Part shown: piece by piece, positions 38,865 to 50,502 of the stretch
Numbering within the stretch: position 1 is the first letter of the stretch
Layout: each line of letters starts with the position of its first letter
Source: Promethearchaeota archaeon
GTDB lineage: Archaea; Asgardarchaeota; Lokiarchaeia; Sigyniarchaeales; SOKP01
Direction of reading: 5' to 3'
Length of the DNA: 64,000 nucleotides
NCBI GenBank assembly: GCA_011364925.1
Contig: RDOA01000015.1
Coordinates: forward strand, 1-64,000
Notes under the pieces: model-generated
What the model was told of the DNA's origin: nothing
Databases searched by the model: none
The model's input: the letters and a program-made list of their open reading frames with translations, nothing else
Translations under genes and position numbers: made by a program

Positions 38865-39485
38865 TTATTCTTCAGATTCAATAGAAACGAATATCTTATT
38901 AAATACTTGAGGTAGTCCTTCGATTATATTTTTTCTGGAAGCGATAATTAATAGGATTGAAAAAACCGCAGCAACTATGAATTGAAAAAAGTTCCCCGGT
39001 ACTTCTGCTAAAGCAGTAAAAACTCCAAGCCTAAGAATAAATGCTTCGTAAATAAAATAACCAAGAGGAATGAGAATTCCACCAATAATTACAGCTAAAC
39101 CGTCTCGGAGTGAAATTCTTCCTTTACATCCTTTAGGGTTGGAAATTATTCCAATAACGAAACCTTCAATTCCTTTGATAATTAATGTAGCAGGAGCGTA
39201 GATAATGTATGGTCCCGAGAAAAAATCAGCCAACATCGGACCCAAACCGCCAGTAATACCACCTATAATAGGCCCAAATAGGAGAGCTGTAAACATCACG
39301 GTTATATCACCTACATTGATATATCCTCCTGTTGCAGGAATTGGAATTTGAATCCAATAAGTTACTATAAAATTTAAAGCTGTAAAAATGGCTATAATTG
39401 AGATAGATAATACATTGTTGGGTAAAAGATAGCCTAGGAAATTTCGACCTTCCACTATTCTTGTTCTCTCCATATTCAAAATCAC
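38865..39485 (-). CDS. ECF transporter S component
   Basis: IPIPATGGYINVGD, LFGP..G, LAD and TLIIKG. Confidence 0.9.
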   Translation of the reverse strand: MILNMERTRIVEGRNFLGYLLPNNVLSISIIAIFTALNFIVTYWIQIPIPATGGYINVGDITVMFTALLFGPIIGGITGGLGPMLADFFSGPYIIYAPATLIIKGIEGFVIGIISNPKGCKGRISLRDGLAVIIGGILIPLGYFIYEAFILRLGVFTALAEVPGNFFQFIVAAVFSILLIIASRKNIIEGLPQVFNKIFVSIESEE

Positions 39486-39666
39486 TTACTTAATTATTAT
39501 TTATTTAATTTAAAACTTATCTCTACGCCTTGCGGATTTTTATCAATGGGCAATATTTGGGAAATATATATATTGAATTATTTTTATTATGTCTTCGAAA
39601 TAATCTCTAGATTATTTTTTAACCGCAATTATTAGGGTAATATACTCGAAGAGGTAGGTACTTAAA

Positions 39667-41232
39667 ATGGTTCTTAATAACAACAAGATTGATGATCTAG
39701 AAATCGATAACCTCTTCGAAAGAATTATTGCTTTATACAATGCTCTAATGAAGTCATTTCCTGATTTAGTCGTCATATTAGGATTAGAAGGAAAAATAAT
39801 TAATATTTCTCGTAATGTACAAGATTTTTACACCTCCAAGAATAAAGATGATTTTATAGGCAAAAACATTGTCGAACTTATTGTACCTGAGGATAGAAAC
39901 TTAATCGAAAAAAACCTTGCCGAGGCGTTGTCTCAAGGATTTTTAAAAATGATTGAATACACTTTTTTGGGAGACAATAACACAGATTTTATAGGAGAGC
40001 TAAGTCTTAGTTTGATTAAAGATAAAAATGATAGTCCTAATTTTTTCATTGGGATAATAAGGGATATAACAAATCAAAAAAGGATTGAAAGCGAGTTAAG
40101 AGATAGTAAACAAATGTTCCAGCAAGTAATGGATAATATACCCCAATTAATATCGTGGAAAGACGAAAGCTCAATATATATGGGATGTAATAGTAATTTC
40201 GCTAGAGTTGCAGGACTTGAAAAACCTGCTGAGATAACAGGTAAAACCGATTATGAATTGCCATGGAAAGTTACTGAAGCAGAATCCTTTTATGAAATAG
40301 ATCAATTAGTCATGGATACCAAGAAAACAGAACAACATATAATATTACCTCAACTTCAAGCAGATGGAAAGCAAGCTTGGCTTGATGCAAATAAAATACC
40401 TCTACTTGATTTAAATGATAAGGTAATAGGTTTGTTAAGCACTTACGAAGATATCACAAATAGAATTAAAGGAGAAGAAGCTTTAAAAAAATCTGAAAAG
40501 AGGTATAGGGAAGCATTTAATAGAGCGGAGTTTTATAAAGATGTTTTTGCACACGATGTAAGTAATATTTTGCAAGGTATACTCTCTTCCATCGAGATGT
40601 GTAAATTGGGGTTAAGTAATCCTCATGGGGAAACAAATCTCTCTAAGTTTTATGATATTATTGAAGATCAAGTAAATAGAGGAGTTAAACTTATCTCAAA
40701 CATAAGAAAAATTTCTTCTATTGATGATATGGAGAATTCTTTTATCCCTATTGAACTATGTAAGATTATTAAGATTTCTTTAGAACAGATACACTATCTC
40801 TTCCCAAAGAAAATCATTCAAACTAATTATGAAGCAGAATTCGACGAAATATTTGTAATTGCTAATAATCTTTTTCAAGATGTCGTTGATAATATCCTTC
40901 ATAATGGAGTTAAACATAACAATAGTCCTGTCATTGAAATTTCAGTGTCTATCTCAAAATTAATCAAAGATAATATGAATTACATAAGAATACAATTTAT
41001 AGATAATGGATTAGGAATCTCAGATACCTATAAGTCTATGATCTTTCAAAGAGGGACATTAGATCCAAAAAATTTTTATAGATTAGGGTTAGGTTTATCG
41101 CTAGTTAAAAGGTTAGTTGAAAGTTATGATGGAGAGATTTGGGTTGAAGATCGCGTGGAAGGAGATTATAAGAAAGGAAGTAAATTTATTATATTGATCA
41201 AAGAATATACAATTCTTTCTGAAAATAAATAA
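39667..41232 (+). CDS. Cytoplasmic PAS-PAS sensor histidine kinase
   Basis: Two PAS/PAC domains, H-box AHDVSN, N-box NILHNGVKH, DNGLGI and GLGLSLV. Confidence 0.92.
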   Translation: MVLNNNKIDDLEIDNLFERIIALYNALMKSFPDLVVILGLEGKIINISRNVQDFYTSKNKDDFIGKNIVELIVPEDRNLIEKNLAEALSQGFLKMIEYTFLGDNNTDFIGELSLSLIKDKNDSPNFFIGIIRDITNQKRIESELRDSKQMFQQVMDNIPQLISWKDESSIYMGCNSNFARVAGLEKPAEITGKTDYELPWKVTEAESFYEIDQLVMDTKKTEQHIILPQLQADGKQAWLDANKIPLLDLNDKVIGLLSTYEDITNRIKGEEALKKSEKRYREAFNRAEFYKDVFAHDVSNILQGILSSIEMCKLGLSNPHGETNLSKFYDIIEDQVNRGVKLISNIRKISSIDDMENSFIPIELCKIIKISLEQIHYLFPKKIIQTNYEAEFDEIFVIANNLFQDVVDNILHNGVKHNNSPVIEISVSISKLIKDNMNYIRIQFIDNGLGISDTYKSMIFQRGTLDPKNFYRLGLGLSLVKRLVESYDGEIWVEDRVEGDYKKGSKFIILIKEYTILSENK

Positions 41233-41264
41233 ATCTTATTTTTTATTGAGAATAATTTAATCAT

Positions 41265-43859
41265 ATGTATATTTGTGTTAATAACTTAATTCAAACAGAG
41301 CAAAATGTTGAAGAAGTTCTGTTAATTCCCGAACCTCTTCACTTTAAGTTATTGAATTCTAATGGGTTAAAAATTGGTAAAGGAACTTCAATCGTAACTG
41401 ATTTACAAAAAGATGATTTACATTTAATCGACAAATTCTTGATACAATTGAATAAATTAGGATTCAATGGAAATTTAGATGTTATCTATTCTCAAGAATA
41501 TCCAAGAGTTTCTGACGATTCTACATTATTGGGATTGTGCGAAAAATTATTTCCTGAATTAAATATTAAGCTTCTAATGCAGCGTAAATTGGCAATTAAA
41601 CAAGGTTATGTCTTAATTACAGATGGCTCAAGATTATACTTAAAAGGGGAATCCTTACACGGGATTTTTTATGGGATTCAAACGCTAATTCAATTATTAA
41701 ATTCTAATCCAAGCGAAGGATTATTCCCTTCAATAGCAATAGTTGATTTTCCCCTTTTAGAAATTAGAGGTGTTTCTGATGATATTTCAAGAGGCCAAGC
41801 CGCGACAATAGACAATCTTAAGAAGTTTATTCAAGTTCTCAGCCACTTCAAAATAAATCATTATTATCTGGTTTATATGCAAGATATGTTTAGATTTGAA
41901 AATTATCCAGAAATAGGAAAAGGGAGAGGAGGATACACAAAAGCGGAAATAGAAGACTTATTTAAATTTGCGAAGGATAACTTTGTAGAATTAATCCCTA
42001 TATTTCAAACGATCGGGCATTGGGATAATATACTATATCAAGAAAATTTTTGGCAATACGGTGAATTTCCTGGTTCAAATAGTTTGAACATTGCTAACGA
42101 AGAAATTTATCCTATCTTAGATAATATGATAAAGGAATTAAGTGAAGTTTTTAAATCTGAATATTTCCACATAGCAGCTGATGAAAGTTGGGATGTTGGA
42201 AAAGGTAAATCGAAAGAATATATAGAGAAACTCGGAATTGACAAAGCGTATTTGAAACATTACAAGATAATTCATGACATAGTAAAGAAGCACGGGTATG
42301 ATAAAATCATAATATATCACGATATACTTTGCAAATATGATGAAGTGCTTAAAGATTTACCTAAAGATATGATTGTGATGTATTGGAAATACAATATAAA
42401 AGAAAAACATCCACTTTTGGAAAAAATAAAGGAATTTCACCTACCATTCATAGTTAGTCCTTCCATTATGGATTATAATCGCGTTTTTCCATCATTAATT
42501 CGAGCAGAAAAAAATATCACAAATCTAATAAAGGATGGATACAAAAATGGTGCAATAGGTGAAATAACTTCAAGTTGGGGCGATTACTATAACAAAGAAA
42601 TAAGGGAAAATAGAATGTATGGATTTATATACTCGTCTCAAGTAGGTTGGAATCCACAAAAGGGATTTAATATCGTTAAATACTGGAAAAGCTTTTTAAT
42701 TCATTTTTTCGGTATATACGATGAAAAATTGTTTAGAGTAATAAAAATCCTAAGATCAATTGAAAGCGAAAGGCGGTTACATACAAGACCCACATTTTAC
42801 TATAATCACTTTTTTAGCCATCCATACAATAAAAAAAGTTCTACATATAAAAAAAGCTTAAAAACTTCTAAATTCGATAAACTAGTCGAAGAATTGGATG
42901 AATTAATTGCAATATGCAGTGATTTTGAATCAAAAGTATTAAGAAATAAGGAGAACCTTTTAAATCTTGCTTTTGTTGCTAAACACATCAAATTTTATTG
43001 CAGAAAACGTATAAATTCCAGGAAGTTAGTTGACTTTTCCCCTGCTTTGGCAAAAAATGAATACAAACTACTACTAATTCAAGAAATTGAGTCGTTAATA
43101 GATGAGCTAATGGCTCTCTTAAAAGAATACGAATTACTGTGGTTAAAAGTCGCAAAAAAAGAAGGTTTTGCTCCAATAAAAATGAAATACATGTGGTTAT
43201 CTAATTTTTATACGAGTAAAATTGAAAATTTAAAAAATAATATTGAATGGCAAAATCCGAATATACCCAGCAAAACTATATATCTCGATGCAAAAGAACG
43301 GCATCAAATTTCAACGACATACTATAAAAAAAATATTACGATAAATGAAGAGATTGAAACAGCACATATCCAAGTAATGGGAGGAACTTTTGCTAAAGTT
43401 TTTGTAAACGATAATTTTGTGGGTTATGTAATTACTCGTCATTCGCTTAATTATGTAATTCTAAAAAACAATATTAAAATATTTGAGATAAAAGAGTACC
43501 TGAAAGCAGGTGAAAATCAAATTGTTATAGAAAATACCGATTATAGCGGTGGCATTGGATTGATTAACATATATGGTGAGATTCTACTAAAGTCTAATCA
43601 AAAAATTCGAATAGTGTCAGACAAATCTTGGCTAGCTGTAAGAAATCGTGATTTAGAATGGGACAAAGTTAGAAGCTTTGGCTCTCCACCTAAATTTATA
43701 GGAGGACTCTGTTATCCAGATTTTAAAAATAATCAACATTCGTTAGAAAGTGATATGATGACTACATTTAATGCTTTAATTAGTCGCTTTCCAAAAAGAT
43801 TGTATTGGTTATTAAAGGTAGTCATGAAGTTATTTAACCGGTATAATATTATCGAGTAG
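41265..43859 (+). CDS. Glycoside hydrolase family 20 (beta-N-acetylhexosaminidase-like)
   Basis: [27 protein letters not shown] catalytic DE pair; C-terminal beta-sandwich. Confidence 0.88.
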   Translation: MYICVNNLIQTEQNVEEVLLIPEPLHFKLLNSNGLKIGKGTSIVTDLQKDDLHLIDKFLIQLNKLGFNGNLDVIYSQEYPRVSDDSTLLGLCEKLFPELNIKLLMQRKLAIKQGYVLITDGSRLYLKGESLHGIFYGIQTLIQLLNSNPSEGLFPSIAIVDFPLLEIRGVSDDISRGQAATIDNLKKFIQVLSHFKINHYYLVYMQDMFRFENYPEIGKGRGGYTKAEIEDLFKFAKDNFVELIPIFQTIGHWDNILYQENFWQYGEFPGSNSLNIANEEIYPILDNMIKELSEVFKSEYFHIAADESWDVGKGKSKEYIEKLGIDKAYLKHYKIIHDIVKKHGYDKIIIYHDILCKYDEVLKDLPKDMIVMYWKYNIKEKHPLLEKIKEFHLPFIVSPSIMDYNRVFPSLIRAEKNITNLIKDGYKNGAIGEITSSWGDYYNKEIRENRMYGFIYSSQVGWNPQKGFNIVKYWKSFLIHFFGIYDEKLFRVIKILRSIESERRLHTRPTFYYNHFFSHPYNKKSSTYKKSLKTSKFDKLVEELDELIAICSDFESKVLRNKENLLNLAFVAKHIKFYCRKRINSRKLVDFSPALAKNEYKLLLIQEIESLIDELMALLKEYELLWLKVAKKEGFAPIKMKYMWLSNFYTSKIENLKNNIEWQNPNIPSKTIYLDAKERHQISTTYYKKNITINEEIETAHIQVMGGTFAKVFVNDNFVGYVITRHSLNYVILKNNIKIFEIKEYLKAGENQIVIENTDYSGGIGLINIYGEILLKSNQKIRIVSDKSWLAVRNRDLEWDKVRSFGSPPKFIGGLCYPDFKNNQHSLESDMMTTFNALISRFPKRLYWLLKVVMKLFNRYNIIE

Positions 43860-44090
43860 TTCCTTAAATCTTAAAAAAATAGAAATTTAAAAATTATTTT
43901 AATTTCTTTATAAATCCTAGCTTAGTTTTGCAACTTTTTTGGGTTGATTTCTAATGTGACTTTGGGTTTGCCGTCAGATGGAATCGATATTCTTTCTATA
44001 TTAAAAAAAGATATTAGATTCGTGAAAAACTTAAGTAGGAGCTTTTGGAATAAAGAAAATAAAATAAATGAAGTTTATATTGAAGATTTT

Positions 44091-45047
44091 TTAAAAGTTG
44101 GAATAGATCATGAACTTATTTGCCGAACCTAAACTATATATTTCGAATTTTGATCCTTTCTTAGTCTCACAAAACATTTGGATCATAGGAAAGAGATAAA
44201 TTTGAGTAGTAATTTGAGCTTCTTTATCTTTATCGTAGGTTTTAAAATCGCTTCCTGCGGAACTGATTGTCTTTTTGATATTTTTATTCCAGTAACCTAA
44301 AGATGGCTCGGCTTTAGATTCTAATTCTTTAAAGTCATTAAATCTTATGCCTTCAACTTCTTCGATCATTTGGTGAAGGTCACGCTCAATCTCTTTTTCA
44401 TATTTCGTTTGAGCACTACTATGAAGAACTGGGATTCCTGTAACAACAGTTTTATAAGGAACTGGGAGAATTTGGTATTTGTACAAACTTTTATGTCCTC
44501 CACAATCTCTACACGGCTCTTTACTCGTGCCAGAGCCATAACAAACCCCACATGAATAAGAAAACGTTTTATCTTCTTTTTTTTGTTCTTCTCCCGTTAA
44601 GATACCCAACTTCTCTTCAATTTTTCCCGTTCCTTTGCATATTCTGCACTTATCTTCTATATATCCCTTACCATTACATTTTTTGCACGAGACAGCCTGA
44701 ATAGTCTCGTAGGTCGGTACTTTATCATCACCCTTCCAATTTTCTTTATTAACCTTCGATGTTCCCTTGAAAGAATAGAATGTTTCTCTCGGTACTTTTG
44801 GTGCAAGAACAGTTTTTTCTTCCGTTCCCTTGGGAACTGCGCCTACTGTTTTTTTAATCGCAAAATAGATTGCTGCTTCTTTTTGTGTGTCTTTGACATA
44901 TTCTGCTGCACTTATAGCATCTAAAGTAAAAACAGCACCTTTTGTGCCGAATTGTTTTTCCATTTTCTTTTTGTCATTTCTGACTGACTGAAGCTTCCAT
45001 TTTTCAAAAATATCGTCTAGATTAGGAGTTTTTATTCTCACTGACAT
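44091..45047 (-). CDS. DnaJ-type cysteine-rich zinc finger protein lacking a J-domain
   Basis: CKKCNGKG, CRICKGTG, CGVCYGSG and CRDCGG; no HPD motif. Confidence 0.8.
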   Translation of the reverse strand: MSVRIKTPNLDDIFEKWKLQSVRNDKKKMEKQFGTKGAVFTLDAISAAEYVKDTQKEAAIYFAIKKTVGAVPKGTEEKTVLAPKVPRETFYSFKGTSKVNKENWKGDDKVPTYETIQAVSCKKCNGKGYIEDKCRICKGTGKIEEKLGILTGEEQKKEDKTFSYSCGVCYGSGTSKEPCRDCGGHKSLYKYQILPVPYKTVVTGIPVLHSSAQTKYEKEIERDLHQMIEEVEGIRFNDFKELESKAEPSLGYWNKNIKKTISSAGSDFKTYDKDKEAQITTQIYLFPMIQMFCETKKGSKFEIYSLGSANKFMIYSNF

Positions 45048-45255
45048 AATTAATAATCTTCCATCTGGTTTAATTCTATAATTGAAATTGAATAATAAAC
45101 ATCTAGAATATAAGCTTAATTTTAAAACTATTTATCCTTTTTTTACACCATTTAGTTCAATTTTGAAATTGTAAATAGTTAAATTAGAGTAATTAAATTA
45201 TTTTATATAGAGTTAAAAAATATTCATGTTACAAAATCATATTCCAATTCTTATC

Positions 45256-45423
45256 ATGTCGTCAGAAGAGCGTCAAGCAGTCGAGTATTTTAAACAGTGG
45301 ATGAGCCCTAATGGTGGGGGTTTGGCACAGTGGATTGAGCATTTCTTAAATCAAGGCGATGAAGCGAAATTGAGACAAATTAAACAGGTTTATGACAAGA
45401 TAAAAGCTGTATTTGGTTTTTAG
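45256..45423 (+). CDS. Small hypothetical protein
   Basis: MSSEERQAVEYFKQW...; coding-like; start at 45256 or 45226. Confidence 0.6.
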   Translation: MSSEERQAVEYFKQWMSPNGGGLAQWIEHFLNQGDEAKLRQIKQVYDKIKAVFGF

Positions 45424-45474
45424 GTTTTAAATTTATATTATTTTGGCGACACAATCAAGTGTATTATAAGATCA

Positions 45475-48153
45475 GTGATTTTTCTTTTGATTACCATTTC
45501 TAGAGCCTATTTTATTGCTTTCGATAAAAATTGGGAGAGCAAAAAAGAACAAAGCTTTATTGTGAACTTCTTTTATTTGAAATCGTTTAAGAAGAAAAGC
45601 CAGACATATTCGTACATAAAAAAACCTTTTTTGAAAGGAATCGTAATCTTTGGATTAGACTTTAAAGACAAGATTCGTCCTGTTAGTTTTTCTAAGATAG
45701 AGGTAGATGGAAAATTAGAACCAATTAATCCACGACTTCTTAAAGGTTTTTTAATTGATGAGAGAAATAAGTTTATCGCTTTTTCAAGTCAAACTAACCA
45801 AGAAGAATTTACTCCTATCATAAAAATGCTTGAAAATCTTCAATATGATAATGATAAAATTATAACTATGACTTTTTGCAAATCATGCTTAAATGATAAA
45901 AAATTTACAATTTTAAGCGAAAAATCTAAGATTAAATCAGTAAATAATCAGTTTCTTTGTCCTGATTGTGCGTTAGATGCTGTAGTGAATCAAGCGCAAA
46001 CAATAGGAATCATATCATCTGATAAACTTAGTCCTAAGCTCAAAAATTTCTTCATGCACTTAATACTCAAGTTCCGAGATATAAATAGAATACTGAACAC
46101 TTTTAAAGCAGATTTCAACCCAATAAAAGACAGAGAAATGACTATTTATGATATCGAAAAAAATCCATCAATTAGTAAGAAATATCAAAATTATATGATT
46201 GATGATGTAAATATACCTACAAAATTTAATAATTTATTAAAAGAACTTAATATTTCAAAACTCCTACCAATACAAGCGATTTCAATAGAGAAGGGTTTAA
46301 TACACAATCACAAAAACCAATTAGTTATGGCTCCAACATCAGCAGGTAAAACTCTTATTGGTGAATTAGCAGGAGTATCAAGAATTCTAGAAGATCACCG
46401 GAAACTTTTGTATTTAGTACCAATTAGAGCCCTTGCAAGTTTAAGAACTGAAGAATTCAAAAATAAATATAAACCACTGGAATTGAAAATTATTAAAAGA
46501 ATAGGAGAATCAATATTAGAAAAAAAAGATTTAGAGACGATAGAGGAATTAACAGATGCTGATATAATCATTGCTACATATGAAGCAATTGACTATATTT
46601 TAAGAAGCGGAAATAAAGATAAATTGGGCTCTATAGGGACGATAATTATTGATGAAATTCAGACTTTAATTGACCAAGAGCGCGGATATATATTAGATGG
46701 GTTAATAGCTCGTCTAAAATCATTTTTTAAGGATACACAATATTTGTATTTAAGTGCGACAATAGGAGCACCAGAAGCCTTGGCTAAAAAACTGGACTGC
46801 ATTTTAATTAAGTACAACAATAGACCAGTTCCAATCGAACGGCATTTAATCCTTTGTTTGAACGAGGCTGTCAAATTAAGAATTCTGACTAAATTAGTGC
46901 GAGCAGCCTTCTTAGAACGCTCATCATATGGATTTAAAGGGCAATCTATAATATTTACAAATTCAAGAAAAAAGTGCGAGTCGTTAACGAATTATCTACA
47001 AAATAAAGGTTTAAAAGTAAAATCTTACCATTCAGGACTAACTAATGAAGAGAGAGCAGAAATTGAAAATGAATTTCAAAATCAATATATCTCTGCAGTT
47101 GTAGCAACTGCGGCTTTAGCTGCTGGTGTTGATTTACCCGCTAAGCAAGTAATTTTTGAATCCTTAACTATGGGTATAAATTTACTGACAGTTGCAGAAT
47201 TTGAACAGATGTTGGGAAGAGCGGGAAGGTTAAAAAAGCATGATATTGGAAGAGCATATCTTCTTGTCGAACCTGGAAAGATCTATTCTCATAAAACAAA
47301 AATTACTGAAGATAATATTGCTATTAATTTATTAAATGGAAAAATAAAAGATTATGAATTACAACCCGATGGAGATAAATCTTTAACTGAACTACTCGCT
47401 CTTGTTTCAATGTATCAAGATGGAATCGAACGAGAAAAAATTTATAGATTTAATGAGTATTTAATTAATTCCGATTATGAGATAGAGGAATTCTTAAAAA
47501 AACTAGTTAACTTTCAATTAGTTAAATTAGAGAGCAGATTTATTTTCAAATGTACCTTTTTAGGCCAATCAATCGCTAAATCTTTTCTTACCGTTGAAAA
47601 AAGCTTGGAAATTGTGGAGTTTCTTAAAAAAAAAGAAAAAACGATAGTTGATATTGTCCTTGAATTGAAACCGCTCAGAAATGTTTATCTAACAAAGAAA
47701 GTAGTTGCTGATTTATCAAAACACAGAGCTGCAAAGTATTCCTCAAATAATTTCTTTAGCGCTAGTGTTCTCTCGTTGATGGATGCAAATTATGTTAGAA
47801 AGAGGAAATCCTTCTCAGATGAGTTTATTGAATATGTAGTAAAATGGACTCAAGAGATTTTTAATTGTGAATGTAAGGATAAACCCTATTGTGAATGCGG
47901 TAGAATTAATCTGGAACGAATAATCTTAGACTTAAGGATTGAAAAAAGATTGTCAATTAGTGAAATTAGTGAATATCTCGAAGAAGAGCTAAAAATCTTA
48001 ATCTATAAAGGAGATATAACTGATTATTTAGAAAATTTAATCTATTCTTTCGAAAGTATACTTAATATTTCACAAGGTATCCCTAATTTGGACTCAGAAT
48101 ACGAGAAAGAAATCTCTCAGATTCCCAAAATTATTGAAAATATTAAAAATTGA
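45475..48153 (+). CDS. Archaeal Ski2-like DExD/H helicase (DUF5814 type)
   Basis: APTSAGKT, DEIQ, SAT, YHSGL, AGVD.P and QMLGRAGR; CxxC..CxxC and C-terminal CEC...CEC. Confidence 0.9.
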   Translation: MIFLLITISRAYFIAFDKNWESKKEQSFIVNFFYLKSFKKKSQTYSYIKKPFLKGIVIFGLDFKDKIRPVSFSKIEVDGKLEPINPRLLKGFLIDERNKFIAFSSQTNQEEFTPIIKMLENLQYDNDKIITMTFCKSCLNDKKFTILSEKSKIKSVNNQFLCPDCALDAVVNQAQTIGIISSDKLSPKLKNFFMHLILKFRDINRILNTFKADFNPIKDREMTIYDIEKNPSISKKYQNYMIDDVNIPTKFNNLLKELNISKLLPIQAISIEKGLIHNHKNQLVMAPTSAGKTLIGELAGVSRILEDHRKLLYLVPIRALASLRTEEFKNKYKPLELKIIKRIGESILEKKDLETIEELTDADIIIATYEAIDYILRSGNKDKLGSIGTIIIDEIQTLIDQERGYILDGLIARLKSFFKDTQYLYLSATIGAPEALAKKLDCILIKYNNRPVPIERHLILCLNEAVKLRILTKLVRAAFLERSSYGFKGQSIIFTNSRKKCESLTNYLQNKGLKVKSYHSGLTNEERAEIENEFQNQYISAVVATAALAAGVDLPAKQVIFESLTMGINLLTVAEFEQMLGRAGRLKKHDIGRAYLLVEPGKIYSHKTKITEDNIAINLLNGKIKDYELQPDGDKSLTELLALVSMYQDGIEREKIYRFNEYLINSDYEIEEFLKKLVNFQLVKLESRFIFKCTFLGQSIAKSFLTVEKSLEIVEFLKKKEKTIVDIVLELKPLRNVYLTKKVVADLSKHRAAKYSSNNFFSASVLSLMDANYVRKRKSFSDEFIEYVVKWTQEIFNCECKDKPYCECGRINLERIILDLRIEKRLSISEISEYLEEELKILIYKGDITDYLENLIYSFESILNISQGIPNLDSEYEKEISQIPKIIENIKN

Positions 48154-48278
48154 TTTTATTATTGTAGAATTAAAATTTAATGATAAAGATTTAATAAATA
48201 TATTACTATTCGAATATTAATCGGTTACCAATATTTCTGATAAAAATGTAAGGATCAATTACAATTTTCTGTACTTAT

Positions 48279-49238
48279 ATGATTTATTCCATTTTTCTTT
48301 ATCAAAGCCACACTGGATTATTGATTTACGAAAAGAGTTTTCAAGATATTAGTGCGGGAAAAATGGAAATGTTTAGTTCTTTTTTCTCAGCGATTAAAAC
48401 TTTTGTTTCTGAACTTGTTTTAGGGGATTCTCAGGATCGCTCAAATGAATTGACAAACATCGAACTAAAAGATTATATCATTCTAATCACCTCTTTACCT
48501 AAAATTAAAGTCGATATGGCAATTATCGCTGATAAAGAAGATATTAAATCCATAAACAAAGTTATACCAAAATTAATTAAATTGTTAAACAAATACGAAC
48601 AACTATTTCTTTTATGGAATGGAAATAAGGATGAATTAACTATTTTAGATAACCCACTTACAGAATCAATTGTATCTAATGTAAAAGTTGTGAGAAAATC
48701 TTTGTTAGAACATCCTGGTCAGATGTTAAAATCAATTTGGGCGCATAAAAAGAAACTCTCAGAAGAAAACGTTGAAAATCTAATCCAAGAACGAGATTTA
48801 TTAATTTACAAAATTGAGAATATTGGGAATCTCCCAACTAAAATTGCTATGTCTAAAACCGTTATTGATTTATCAGAGAAATTAAACGATGAATTAACCT
48901 TTCTGAAATATCAGGATGAGATTATTAAGCTAAAAAATGAATTAAACGATGTTAAGTTCAAATTGAGCTATTACTTAGAAAAAACAAGAGAAGCTTTAAA
49001 TGAGGCTATATGTAAGTTAGGTGATAAACCACTTCATTTAGGCGATTTTAAAAGCACATATCTTAATTTGTATTCCTTTAGCACAAAGCTGAAATTAATA
49101 AAAGAAAGTGGTTGGGAAATCTATCGCGATTCTGCAACTAAATTAATTGAAAAAGACATGGTAAGTGAACATGATCTTTCTCAAATTATCCAAGATTTGT
49201 TAAAAATGAGTACTAATGTTGAAGATTATTTGAGTTAA
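48279..49238 (+). CDS. Longin-like domain protein with a helical C-terminal region
   Basis: MIYSIFLY..TGLLIYEKSF...FSSFFSAIKTFVSE pattern. Confidence 0.7.
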   Translation: MIYSIFLYQSHTGLLIYEKSFQDISAGKMEMFSSFFSAIKTFVSELVLGDSQDRSNELTNIELKDYIILITSLPKIKVDMAIIADKEDIKSINKVIPKLIKLLNKYEQLFLLWNGNKDELTILDNPLTESIVSNVKVVRKSLLEHPGQMLKSIWAHKKKLSEENVENLIQERDLLIYKIENIGNLPTKIAMSKTVIDLSEKLNDELTFLKYQDEIIKLKNELNDVKFKLSYYLEKTREALNEAICKLGDKPLHLGDFKSTYLNLYSFSTKLKLIKESGWEIYRDSATKLIEKDMVSEHDLSQIIQDLLKMSTNVEDYLS

Positions 49239-49266
49239 CTATATCTATTTCAATTCATTCTAATTT

Positions 49267-50469
49267 TTATTTAGTATGTAATTCGATTATATCATTTTCT
49301 TTTAACTCGTAATTTAAACCAACTTTTTTCTTTTTTTGTTTTACGCCTTTCCGAATAACGATAGCATAATCGAATGATTCGTAAAAACTTCGATGTATTT
49401 TAATTGCTACATCCCTTATCGTAGGCTGAATTTGGATACAATCAAGAATAAGCGGTTTTTCTGCAATTACACCCTTATGCATAGTATAAATTTTGATTTT
49501 TTTTAAAAAGGTCAGTACGATTTTTCCAAAATCCTCTGGAATTTCCCCCTTTATAGCACTCGTCCCTATTACCAATGGGAACTGGTTAGAATAATAATTT
49601 TGTAATTCAAAAAATGTATTTTTGGTAAGTGATAAGTCTCCTTTAGTTCCCAATATGATAGCTTTCTTGTATGCTACAGAAGGATTTAGTGCATCTACAA
49701 CCTGATCAAGCTCAATCTGTCCAAAAATTTTAACAATCCCGTTCCGTATACCTCCAGCGTGAACTATTTCTGTAATTTTCTCTGTCAATTCTTCAAGATT
49801 ATTATTTTTTTTAGCTTCACTTGTTAAATAAAATACTTGAATTTTATTGGATCCTGTTTTTTCGATTGTAATTGGAGGAGGAGGGAGATTAATTCGTATG
49901 TGAGATTCACTTAATTCGTTAAGTAGCAAATTCATTTGCTCCTGATAATTACGTGATAAATCAACGCAAAAACATATTAGATCACATGCTCTTAATTGAG
50001 AAATTATTTCTTTGCCATTACCTATTCCGTTCGCTGCCCCTTCCATTATGGAAGGCATGTCTACTATTTGGTAACGAACTTTATTATACTCATAAATTCC
50101 TATTTCAGGTAAAGGTGTAAATTTGCCAATCTTTTCTTTTGCAGTTCCTGTTAATAAATTGAGAATAGAAGTTTTTCCTACTCCGGGAGTATGATAATCA
50201 CTTATTAGAATCAATTGGATTCCTTCTTTTTTTATAGAAAAGGGACTAACTTGCTTACCCATAGATTTACTACGAATTTTTTGAGCTTCTTGTTCTCTTC
50301 TAAGTTTAGCAAGCCGCGATTTGTTTAAGGCAACAATTTTCTCTGTAGCTTTGTGTTTTGGAACTAAGGAAAGAAATTCTTCTAAGCGGTTAATCCTTTC
50401 ATCAATCGTAGTAGCATCTAAATACTTTTGATAAGCGGCTTCAGCTTCTGGTCCTATATTTGAACTCAA
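49267..50469 (-). CDS. DRG/OBG-family GTPase with TGS domain, divergent G motifs
   Basis: PKHKATEK, PGVGKT, DMPSIMEGA..G.G.G, TKGD, IH..F and LKENDIIE. Confidence 0.85.
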   Translation of the reverse strand: MSSNIGPEAEAAYQKYLDATTIDERINRLEEFLSLVPKHKATEKIVALNKSRLAKLRREQEAQKIRSKSMGKQVSPFSIKKEGIQLILISDYHTPGVGKTSILNLLTGTAKEKIGKFTPLPEIGIYEYNKVRYQIVDMPSIMEGAANGIGNGKEIISQLRACDLICFCVDLSRNYQEQMNLLLNELSESHIRINLPPPPITIEKTGSNKIQVFYLTSEAKKNNNLEELTEKITEIVHAGGIRNGIVKIFGQIELDQVVDALNPSVAYKKAIILGTKGDLSLTKNTFFELQNYYSNQFPLVIGTSAIKGEIPEDFGKIVLTFLKKIKIYTMHKGVIAEKPLILDCIQIQPTIRDVAIKIHRSFYESFDYAIVIRKGVKQKKKKVGLNYELKENDIIELHTK

Positions 50470-50502
50470 TAAAAAAGACCTCTCTTAATTTGTATTTATA
50501 AT

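Noticed and set aside
43860-44132. ORF 43944-44132 and a minus-strand stretch reading IERISIPSDGKPKVTLEINPKKLQN
   Set aside because: No convincing start or motif; possibly a remnant but unsupported.
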